64,000 nucleotides of DNA from Schmidtea polychroa. Lineage: Eukaryota. Below are positions 10,421 to 21,427 of this stretch, in pieces. The stretch covers positions 66,340,001 through 66,404,000 of the forward strand of contig CM097886.1 in NCBI GenBank assembly GCA_044892525.1, written 5' to 3'. The notes under the pieces were generated by a model that was not told the DNA's origin, did no database searches, and saw only the letters and a program-made list of their open reading frames with translations. How positions within the stretch are numbered: the first letter of the stretch is position 1; each line of letters begins with the position of its first letter. The position numbers and the translations under genes are program-made.

Positions 10421-11417
10421 TAAGAACATGGGTGGATACATCTATATAGATATGTGTGTAAACGTGGGTAACTATACGTATATAATAAGTTAATTTAACC
10501 CAAGCTTGTCAGTGACGGATACATCTTAGTTAACTTAGCGGCCCCAGAAATTAAAAGCCATGTAAAGCCTACATTGTTGACTTAAACTAATTCATCGAGA
10601 ACACTAGGAATGCATTGAGACAGCCGATACCAACTATTGAACTCCACGGAATCAACTGCATGAATTATCGATAAATGACAAAAGTACATCTTACTTAAAA
10701 TTAAAAGCGTTATCAAAAGGGAATACTAAATTAAATTATTCAACAACATTTCTAACATAATTAGATACAAATCAAACTAAAGATACCAACACAGAGTCAT
10801 AAAAAATTCCTTAAAGGCTTTGAACAATCGGCCATTCCGTCCGAGTGAAAGATTTCCACCAAATATATCTAAAATCGAAAAGTTATTATTGATAAATAAA
10901 GTACTTACAAGTTAATCAAAGGGGATTACACCACTCATGACGAGCACAACCGAGGGATAAGTAAGTAAAATGAGGAGCTAGGCTCGTCAATGATACTTAT
11001 CGCCCCAGTGTACCCGAATTTAGTGGTAAATTACTAACAGGATCCGATTTCCTAAATTCGAAGAAAAAGTAAAGTATTAAATTTTGAATTACCAGCTAGT
11101 GGTAAACAAGATTTTGAAAATTTAAATGATTGAATTAAACAAAGTTAATTAAATTTAGGATATATTTAGTTAAAGTATGAGATTTACAAAAACTTTACTC
11201 AGGACTATTGAATTTTTTTTAAAAATAATTTCGGAAATCCAGGTTGTAATTGCAGTCGTTTTTTATTACTTCATTAAATTTCTTTTTAACTAAGATACAA
11301 CTATCAAAAATTTTAACTGTGAACGCAAGATTTTAATTATGAACTCCGTTGTCCGAGTCCCTTAAAGACTCATATCAGTCTGTGCCAAATGACCTAAATT
11401 AGATTTGCATTATAGAA

Positions 11418-11783
11418 ATGTCTCACTCCGGCGACTCAAACGGTGATGAAGCCTACAATCAAATGATCACGCGGCTCCGGACCCGGTACATCTGGTATCG
11501 GATACACGATTGGAACCGGGGGTTGGACCTCGATAATTACGGTCCGGTCATCCGAAGTGGCCCAGAGCCCGATGCCCCGGCGTGGGTGAAAATAGAGCCC
11601 ACCAACAACGTGTTATGGGAAGCCCGCGATCGAGCGGCCGACGAAGTAGTAGAGGCCCAGAAGCGGCTGAGGAGATTCGAGCTCCAGCTCAAAGCCGAAA
11701 TAATGGGAGTAACTCCTGAAGAGCTGGAGGAGACAGATGCCCCTCCACGAAAACGGGGAAGGCCCCGTAAGAACCCGGCCTAA
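11418..11783 (+). CDS. 121-aa protein with a C-terminal AT-hook (RKRGRPRK)
   Basis: GC-rich ORF in an AT-rich background, TTATAG 2 nt before the ATG, canonical RGRP AT-hook core flanked by basic residues. Confidence 0.65.
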   Translation: MSHSGDSNGDEAYNQMITRLRTRYIWYRIHDWNRGLDLDNYGPVIRSGPEPDAPAWVKIEPTNNVLWEARDRAADEVVEAQKRLRRFELQLKAEIMGVTPEELEETDAPPRKRGRPRKNPA

Positions 11784-12104
11784 CTTATCGATAGTAACAA
11801 TTCGGGCGAACTATTTAATCTAATTAGTGATACTGTGTGGTGTTTGACTTTTTGTTTTTGTAACAACTATGACGAACTGTAGCAATTTTTATTATTAAAA
11901 CTTTTACATCATAGTTGGTCGTGCGTATTCATAATATAATAAATCATCTTTGTCATTATATAGAAGTCTTATTGCGTATGGGGTGTCCCCAGGGACGGGA
12001 TGACCCACCCCCTTACTCTTCAGTTACTACTTTTATGAAAATAATCGAATTACCTTTATGCACATGGAAACGAGCGACGAAATTTTCATTATTGTTTTTC
12101 TTCA

Positions 12105-12578
12105 GTGTACAAGCTACTTGAAAATCTACGAAAAGACCGTGAACAGGCCCAGCAACAATCCGAGGACCTTCGAAGTCGAGTCGAGAAGCTCAAAATCAAG
12201 TGCCGAGAACTCGAAGGCACTTGGTTCAGTCCGGCTGAGATGAAGAAACGGACAACACACATCTCACAACTCCAGATCCAGGCGGGGCAAGATCAACTCG
12301 AAATCCGAGCGTTGAAGCTACAAGTACGCTCGCTCGAGAGCAAACTGAATGAAAAATTCATCCAGGACGCCCTCCAAGAGCAGATTCGTCCCCTTCCGGT
12401 GGAGCTAGCCAAGATATACCCACCTGCCCAGGCAAGCAAGCCGAAACGTAAGCGGCTAGGGCGGAATACCCGGGAAAAATTGAAGAGGGTCTGGCTGGCC
12501 GAGCAAGAAAAATCGAAAGAGCCTGCAGTCACTTCACGATCCCGAGGAACGTTTGAGAGTGTAATCCCTCCTGAGTAA
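12105..12578 (+). CDS. Coiled-coil/basic protein of an unrecognised family (LEGTWFSPAEMK); 5' end probably spliced
   Basis: Motif shared with 56491-57218. A strong acceptor TTTTTCTTCAG ends at 12105. Confidence 0.7.
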   Translation: MYKLLENLRKDREQAQQQSEDLRSRVEKLKIKCRELEGTWFSPAEMKKRTTHISQLQIQAGQDQLEIRALKLQVRSLESKLNEKFIQDALQEQIRPLPVELAKIYPPAQASKPKRKRLGRNTREKLKRVWLAEQEKSKEPAVTSRSRGTFESVIPPE

Positions 12579-12704
12579 AACATACCTTGTAATATAGTAA
12601 TGATTAAATAAATGATTCTTGTTGTCTAATGCATATGTGATCAAACTTTGTGATGGTCCAGAACCAGACGGTCGGCAGAAAGGCGTTTGGGGAAACAATC
12701 TCGA

Positions 12705-13325
12705 TAAGGGACCGAAATAAATCGGACACGTGCCTTCTATCGGCGTCCGTGAACCCATGGAGTACTCGACAATTATAGTGCCTTGAGGCGCTCACTTTTT
12801 GCGAGTACTCAACCCCTTGGTACAGTACCAACGTTGATTGCTCAACGGGTACCAAGAGGAAAACAATGTTGTATTCTGGGTTACGCTGGTAACAGCACCT
12901 AAACATTCAACCACCTGTAACCCACCAATATTGACATATCCATGTACTAAGTTCAAGTGTTTGGGAAAACAATTTGCTCGTTCTTGAATGCATATCACTT
13001 TATATCAGCTTTTACTCTCTCCTTTATATCTATTCTCGGGTTCTTTCACCAATTAAATTTTCAAATCCCGGCTGAGCCCCCAAATTTGTATGGTGGGTTA
13101 CTGATGATCAAATATTTTGCTCTTTAGTGCTGTTACCAGCGTAACCCAAGATACAACATTGTTTACCGCTTGATACCCGTTGAATGATCAACGTTGGTTC
13201 TGTATCAAGAGGGTGAGTGCTCGCAAAAAGTGAGCGCACTACTTGCACTGTAATTGTCGAGCACTCTACTGGGTTCACGGACTATCGTTTGAAGATATAT
13301 GTCCGATTTACGCAGGTCCCTTATT
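12705..13325. repeat. Imperfect inverted repeat, ~220-bp arms around a ~160-bp spacer
   Basis: Perfect complementary blocks 12877-12898/13127-13148 (22 bp) and 12788-12805/13220-13237 (18 bp), with co-linear partial matches out to ~12705/13325. Confidence 0.9.
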
Positions 13326-14126
13326 ATAATTACTTTCTCAACTATGCCTATACAAACTTTCTATCCTCAAACGATCATAAGTCATCAGGAATCATACATT
13401 AATCTATTAAAACCTGTTCATACAATACCACATCTAAAATGTTTGAATATAAATTAAGTGAAACATAGCCATAGTTTATTAAACATACCTTAAGAAAATT
13501 TTGAGGATAATGAATTTAATTAGAACACAATCAAAAAAAAAACAACTTATATATTGGTGAACATACAAATAAGGGTCAGAAATTTCATCAACCACAACAA
13601 CCAAATGTAATAACTTTACAAGAACCATGATTGTTTATGACCGCGTATTATTTGACTAAGCGTATTTCGCGGTGACTATGATTGTCCTAGTTGACCTACA
13701 ATGACACTCACCTTTGTTGAGCCCGGGTAGTTATAGAGATATGGTTAGATCAACAATCAAAATCTCACAATACATTTTTGTTAATATTATATTTTTAATT
13801 CAAGTTAAATAAATTCAAAATACATCAATAACTGTTACAAAACAATTCCCTATATAATTTTAAGAGATACTTCTAGAAAATTCAAATTGACTCAAACTTT
13901 ATTTTTTAAAAATTTGTTTTCTATTAATAATAGATTTTTTCTAGAATTTTAAGAAAATTTTAATTCAAAATTTATAATAATATTAAATTAATTTTACAAT
14001 ACTCGTTGCTTACATTTTAAACAAAACTTATACGTCAGTTTGAAGTATTTTAAACTTGTTTTAACTAATTATTTTTTAACAAACCATTTTTTTTTATTAT
14101 ATATTATTAATTAGTGATATTTTGCA

Positions 14127-14793
14127 ATGAAAATTTTATCAGTTTTTTTTTTCTAATCAATGTTCACTATGTAATGTCAGCTACAGTTAATGAAAATAAT
14201 TGCGAAGGTATTTGGCACTTATTTTTATTATATTTAAAAATTGTTCAGTTTGTGTGAAGTTTGTGAGACGCCTGAAAGATAGTCTAGATGGAGATGAAAG
14301 TACAAATATCGAAAATATTGAAAATAAATTCAAAGAGATGAGCAAAACAAGTAAAGGAAAAGAATAAAGTCTTGTAAGGTATTATAACTGATTAATATAA
14401 AATTGTAATTTATTTTTAGTGTTATTATATTGGAGGATTGGTAACATCTACTACATATATTGTAAAACATTTGTCTCAGCCTTTGAGTTGGGTTATGCCC
14501 GCTGAAAAAGTCTGAAAAACTAAAAGCAATGGATTCACAAATTTGTGAATTAAAATATGGTATGTTCAGTTAAGATTTTAAATATTAATTCAACTATTTT
14601 TCAGACAAACCTATTGATCTTACTGGTATTAATCTAAACAAAGCTCGCGTTAAAGATCTCAACAAATATTAGAAAGCTGGGGTGAAGAATGTAAAGGTTG
14701 TACAGAAAAAACTGATTTTATCCGATTAATAAATGAAAAATGCCCATTTATGATCCTAAAGCAGCCAAGCAAAGAAATAAAGCCGATTTGTAG
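14127..14793 (+). pseudogene. MANF: MANF/CDNF (ARMET) homolog, 4 exons (14127-14207, 14249-14373, 14420-14559, 14605-14793), with an in-frame TAA and four apparent frameshifts
   Basis: [45 protein letters not shown] and C-terminal ADL. GT-AG introns of 41, 46 and 45 bp. TAA at 14365-14367. Confidence 0.85.
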
Positions 14794-14875
14794 TTGGAGT
14801 TTTTTTTTCAGTTTTTTTTCAGGATGTTGTAATTAAATAAAATATTAAAATTCTTTTTGATCGAATATATTTGTG

Positions 14876-15546
14876 AGAAATAATTTGGAATTATTTAATT
14901 GTGGAAATCTAAAAGAAATTCTGAAAGATATTTTAATATAAGTTTTCCATTTTCCAACCCCAGGAAATGTATTTCATCGGGATGGTCCATCAACTGAGCT
15001 CGAAGGACTTTTTGGTATGAATATGATTCAAAGAGACAATGATGTAAATAAATTTGGTGATTGGAATTAATAAATTTAGTTTACAATTGAGTTTTGTCTT
15101 TTGATTTAGTTTGAACATAATTTTGTCCATAATTTTGTCCATAATTTTTATAAATTATTCTATTTTTATTACTTTAAAGGGGTCTTGAGGGGGAAGATTA
15201 TGGTATTTGTTATTTTCTAAATCTATATATACATACACACATCCACATATATATACATATACACCCACACACATATACATATATGGATATAATTTAAATT
15301 AATAATAGTTGATGTCGTTTCAAGGGGGGGATGTTACTAAAAATAGATATTAGTGATTTTCCGTAATTTTATTGGAAGATAGGGCCATTGAAACTAAATT
15401 TAGAGATAGGGGAATCCCAAAATCAATAATTTGTTTTATAATTTTATTTTCATGAAATAAAGATAATTATTTTAATAATATAATAATAATAATAATGATA
15501 ATAGTAATAATAATAATGAGAGTGATAATGTTACTGGTAACAATAC

Positions 15547-15620
<74 letters not shown>

Positions 15621-16387
15621 TTAATAACGATAATAATAATAAATATAAATTTATATTTGTATAAGATTACCACATATGGGGGGGGGGGGGGGAGGGGTCA
15701 TTTACGAAAATTTATGAATTTATATTTTTAAATGAAATATAATTTAACTGTCTATGAATATAATATAATTCAGTATACCTACGTAATAGTTAATGGCTAC
15801 ATGATTTGAGGGGGGTCGGTTAAATAAAAATACAAGTTATATTTTTAAAGGTAATATAAGTTGAACATATCTGAAAACAAATTAAATTAGTACTTTTGGG
15901 TAATCCTTAATGACTATATGGTCTGAGGGGGGTCATTTATGAAAATGTACAATTTATAGTTTTAAATATAATATAAGTTAAATATATATTAAGATAAGCT
16001 AATTTAGTATATTTAGGTGGTAGTTGATGACTATATGGTTTGTAGGGGGGTCATTCATAAAAATTTTCAATTTACATTTTTAAATATAAAATAAGTTGAA
16101 TATATATTCTGATAAGCCAATTTAATATATTTTGGTAGTGATTAATGACTATATGAAGTTGAGGGGGGTCATTCATGAAAATTTACAATTTATATTTTTG
16201 AATATAAAATAAGTTAAATATATATTCTGATAAGCCAATTTAGCATATTTAGGTGGTAGTTGATGACGATATGGTTTATTGGGGGTCTTTGATGACAAAT
16301 TTTCAACTATAATTTTGAAGGTAACCTAAATTAAGGATATGTGTTAAATAGTCCGGATTATTGTATTAATTGGTGGTCGATGGTTAT
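14876..16387 (-). repeat. Right arm of the ~1.5 kb inverted repeat, including an (AAT)n microsatellite ~15465-15640
   Basis: Reverse complement of 7558-9113. Related GGGGGTCAT subunits continue slightly beyond 16387. Confidence 0.9.
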
Positions 16388-17599
16388 ATGAATTAAAAGG
16401 GGGTCATGAAATTAAGAAATTATGCTTTCAAAGGAACTACAATTTAACCCTATATAAATGCGATATAATCTAATATTCTCAAGCAATCATTGACGATTTA
16501 AGTTATAATTTACAATGTAGGTAATTTATACTGCACAATTTATACTTGAAGAAGGCTTTTAATTTATACTCGATATATAGATTAAAGTTGCGATTTATCA
16601 TTTATAAGATCATTGTAAATTTTCATAAATACTCGCGTTCCTAATCCACATTTGAGGGACAAATTGGGTGGGTACGTAGTACTATTAATTCCGAAGTTAT
16701 AATTGGCAATTTGATACATTATAATTTAAGCAGAAAGAGGATATACGGTTCCGGTTCTTGGTCGTAATATAAATTTATCCTTAATGATTTATATAGCTTA
16801 GGTTTCTGGCTGTAGAAGAAATTTCTAAATAAATTCCTTTCATGATTGGCGATGTTAGGTATTTATACCTAATATAGAATTAGGTTTGACTCATTTTTCA
16901 ATGCTATCTTTCATTTTGTAGCCGATAAATATTTATTGATAACGATTTACAGTATATGGGACGATTTTTAATGCCAAATTAACACCATTTGATGATTGAT
17001 AATATGAGGGGTTAATTTTCTACACCCAGACTTTACATTTCAAGATTGACTTGGGCTTTAGTGATCTATATTTTAACCACGAGGTAAAGCTATATGACGG
17101 TTATTGAGGATTTTATAATTAATTAGGCTTATTCCGCATGTCGAACTTCTTTATGATATTATTATGATTAGTTACGAGAAAATCATTATGCTGTTACTAA
17201 AATTTTATCTACAAATGACATTCGACAAGCGTATAAGTAAAGTTGTTTTTAACTGACTACATTACTCAAATTGCGATTGTTGTGTTTAATTTAGGTCTGA
17301 GATCTACTCGATTAAACTTCTAGTGTGACTTAGTGTACCGAATTTTTAATGGTGATTTTAATTGTGTAATGCATTCATAGTCTGGAAGAATGCTTGCTTA
17401 CACGGCCCCACTGTGACCGCTACGACAAGCCCTACTGTAGTGTTGAGTCGAAACATCGCTGTCGACCGATAAATAATTATATGGAGCCATAGCGGAGGGG
17501 TTTTATCGACACAACTCCATGGTAGAACCATGAAGTGGCCGACCTCCGATGACCGAACAAAAAAATATATATAAAGGATATTGCATGTCTGCATGTGAA

Positions 17600-18549
17600 A
17601 TGATGATTTGAGGTGAATTTTATAAACGATCGAATGTAGGACTGATCAGAGACGCAGATGTATCAATACGCCGCTGATCCTTCTTACATTAGATAAAAAT
17701 AATAAGCAGGATTTGATCTAGACATAATTAATATTACCAATAACAATCAAAGTCAAATTATAATCAATAATATCATTAAACTTTAAAAATTCAAATAACA
17801 ATACTCACTATCAATGTGACCTTCAAGTTTTTCGCAACAAAAATTTGGCATAAAAAAGTGATTACTTGTGACTAGAATGCGTCGGTATATATACCTATTT
17901 TGTACACGTGTATGTATTGATGCATTAAAACAAACTCGAATTCTTTTTATTCCAGAATTTTCTATTTCGTGATTTTGATATTTTTAATGGCAATTTTAGT
18001 GCTATAATTTTTGTTTTTATTTTTAAATTTTTATTCTTTAATTATTTTTTCATTAATTTTACGTCCATGATGGATTTGGAACGGTTCCAGAACATTCTAT
18101 TTTATTTTTAATACAATTTTCATTTTAACTGCTGTTTTATAAATTTCTTTTTAAGATTTTTTATTTTTAATACTAATTTATTTATTTTCTCTAACTTTTG
18201 TTGTTCTAGATGGCCGTTGTGATGGTCGTCGCCATTTTATGGAATGTTCTGGGTTTTTCTGGAATCTTTTTACTGTTTTTATCGTCTTTTAAGTTATTCG
18301 AGTTTGCTTTTTGTAGTTCTATGTTTATTTGGTTATTTTTGAGTTAGGTTTTGCATAACTTCTTGCTTTTGTATAATTTTATTTACTTTGTGGGTTTATT
18401 ATTTTTGTTGTTTTCTCCTTTAATTACCATTGTTTATTTGGTGTAGGTTTTAATATTTAACTATACTTGGTGCTTTTTTACTTGCTGTGTACTTACACAT
18501 TTCAGTCACAATTAGTATTTTGGGTCTAGAAATCAGTTCTAGCCCAACA
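17600..18549 (-). mobile_element. Module D: LTR-like end of the same family
   Basis: GTTCTAGCCCAACA at 18536-18549 is identical to 7545-7558. T-rich tract, then TATATATACCTATTTT (17886-17901) ~0.65 kb inside, as in module A. Confidence 0.55.
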
Positions 18550-18554
18550 TACGC

Positions 18555-20790
18555 AATTGTTGCAACTCACATTTTTTGCTTTCATGGATTTTTGGTCCAA
18601 ATTTTTTTTTATCAGACTATAGTGAGGGGGTCTCGATGGTCCTGGGATTTTCAATACAAAAAATTTTTTTCCAATACAAAAAGGTGGTCTTCAATAAAAA
18701 AGTATGGAATTTTCAGACTATAGTGAGGAGGTTCTCGATGGTCCTGGGATTTTCAATACAAATTTGAATTATCAATAAAAAAGAGTGGTAATTTAAGGTC
18801 TCAGGATATTTTCAATACAAAAGGTGGTCTACACTAAAAAACAGTGGTAATTTAAGGTCTCACGATATTTTCAATACAAAAAAAAATTTGGTACTTATTT
18901 GTTAGCACCTAGTTAAAAATATTTAGTAACCGATTGTTGGGAACTGTTGAATTATTATTATTTTTATTATTATTCCATTTAAATTTTCATTTGACTTTGA
19001 AAAATATTTCTTTGAAATTAACTTAAAAAAAAAATTTACATTTAAATTTTCATTAAAAATTACATTTCTCAAAAATGTTGGTGGTTATTCAATCTTTTGA
19101 TAATAAATTTAAAAATCTTACTTTAATTTACTTATTTAGCTTTAATTTAAAATTTGAATCATTGGTTACTTAATTTTAAATTTTGAACCTTAATTTACTT
19201 ATTTAAAATTTTTAACTTTAATTACCTAATTATTCTTTATTTCTTAATTTTACACCTTATTTTCATATTTAACCAATAATTTCATGTGGTCATCTGGTTG
19301 TTAGGACTTGGTATCTAGTTGACAGTGCTTAGTACTTGGTATCTAGTACCTGGTTGATGTTGGTTGTGAGTACATAGTTGGTTGAAGGTACTTAGTAGCA
19401 GGTAACTGGTTGTTGGTAACTAGTTGTATGTACTTGGTAGGTGGTGGCTAGTTGTTAGCTGGTTGTTTTTCGTTGTTAGTACTTGGTATCTAGTTGGTTG
19501 CTTGTTTTTGGTTGTTAGTACTTGGTTGATAATGCTTAGTACTTGGTTGTTGTTGGTTGTATGTACTTGGTAGGTGGTTGTAGGTACTTAGTAGTTGGTT
19601 AATATTGCTTAGTACCTGGTTGATGTTGGTTGTATGTACTTGGTATGTGGTAGCTAGTTGTTAGCTGGTTGTTGTGGGTTGTAAGTAGTTGGTAGGTACT
19701 TAGTAGTTGGTAATTAATGCTTAGTACCTGGTTGTTGTTGGTTGTATGTACTTGGTAGTTAGTTGTTAGCTGGTTATTGTAGGTTGTAAGTAGTTGGTAG
19801 GTGGTTGTAGGTACTTAGTAGTTGGTAATTAATGCTTAGTACCTGGTTGTTGTTGGTTGTATGTACTTGGTAGTTACTGGTTGTTGGTACTAAGTTGTTG
19901 GTTTGTTGTTGAATTATTATTAAAATTTGTCTTTGAAAATTAAAAATTATTAAAAAAAAATTAAATAAAAATTACCATTGAAAAATATTTCAAAAAAATT
20001 TTCATTAAAAAATTTCAATTCTCAAACACCTATTATTTCAACTTTTTGTTAATAAATTTTAAAATCTTACTTTAATTTATTTATTACATTACTTTAATTT
20101 ACTTATTTAAAAATTATTACTTTAATTTACTTATTTAACTTTAATTTAAAATTCTTTTACCATTGATTACTTAATTTTAAAATTTATACCTTAATTAACT
20201 TTAATTTAATTTTTTAGAACCTTAATTTAGTTATTTGAGCCCATTGACTACTTAAATTAAAATCTTTGACCATAATTTACTGTAGTTCAGAAACCTGAGC
20301 CCATAATTTACTTTAATTTTAAAATTTGGACCATCATTTACTTTAATTCAAAAATCTTAACCCATAATTTACTGTAATTCAATTTTTAGACCCATAATTG
20401 GCTTTATTTTAAAAAATTTACCACGTTTCTTATTGAAGGCCACCTTTTTGTATTGAAATTCTCAGGACCAAGAAGACCTACATGAATTGAACTAGAAAAA
20501 TCCATGCTTTTTTAGTGGTAGTCGGATTTTTGTATTGAAAATATCCTGAGAACTTAAATTACAACTGTTTTTTAGTGTAGACCACCTTTTGTTTTGAAAA
20601 TATCCTGAGACCTTAATTTACCACTTTTTTATTGATAATTCAAATTTGTATTGAAAATTCCAGGACCATAGAGACCCTCTCACTATAGTCTGATAAAAAA
20701 AAATTTTGACCAAAAATCCCTGAAAGCAAAAAATGTGATTTGCAACAATTTTACCCCCCGGGGTGGGGGTAATTGTTGCGGTAAGCAACT
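18555..20790. mobile_element. Foldback- or Helentron-like non-autonomous element with modular inverted ends and a central GTT/AGT simple-repeat tract
   Basis: 18555-18880 is the reverse complement of ~20440-20750. Direct duplication ~18950-19280/19915-20250. Simple repeats 19300-19910. GC hairpin TTACCCCCC..GGGGGTAA just after 20750. Confidence 0.6.
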
Positions 20791-21427
20791 AACTACCTAC
20801 TCATTGATGTGGAAAAAATTTGTAAAATCAATATTTTTCTATATGGAATTTAGGGTAAGTAGCAAAAGAAAAAATAAATACTAATATAATAATAACAAAT
20901 CAATTTGCGGTTTAAATGCATAGTTTTTACAAAAACACATAATTGTTATTATTAAAACCTGGAAAAAGTATGTAAAAGGAAGATATAACAAATAATATTA
21001 AATTCAATAAAAGCTCCAAACAACAAAGTACAAAATTAATTAAAATTGAACGGGTAAAGGGGTTAGTGATACATCATATTCGTAAAGAATAAAATTCTTT
21101 AAAAGGTCTTCATTGAGAAGATAATCACTTAATTGAAACTATTATTGGCAAGTGTAATAAATTTTAATTTTTCAAACAGCAGTAACTAAATTGTGACTTA
21201 AACATGAATTTTCTAAAATATGTATCACCAGGGGTTGGCAAGAGAGGCTCTTTGATGATCTGTGTTGCTCCCGTTGAGATCTGATTTTTTAGTGATGTTG
21301 TTCTTTGTAATACAGGGGAAAATTGTATTTGGCTCCAGAGGACCTCATGCATGCCCACAATTGATATATATTTTTAAAAATTGAATTTATATAAGATGAA
21401 ACGCAATGATATATTTCGACCGTAAAA

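Larger units (their letters stand above)
10430..13600 (+). mobile_element. Module B of the LTR-like family (ends not defined)
   Basis: Two GC-rich intronless ORFs, one homologous to 56491-57218, followed by the CCTTCTATCGGC block at 12733, in the same order as module C. Confidence 0.55.
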
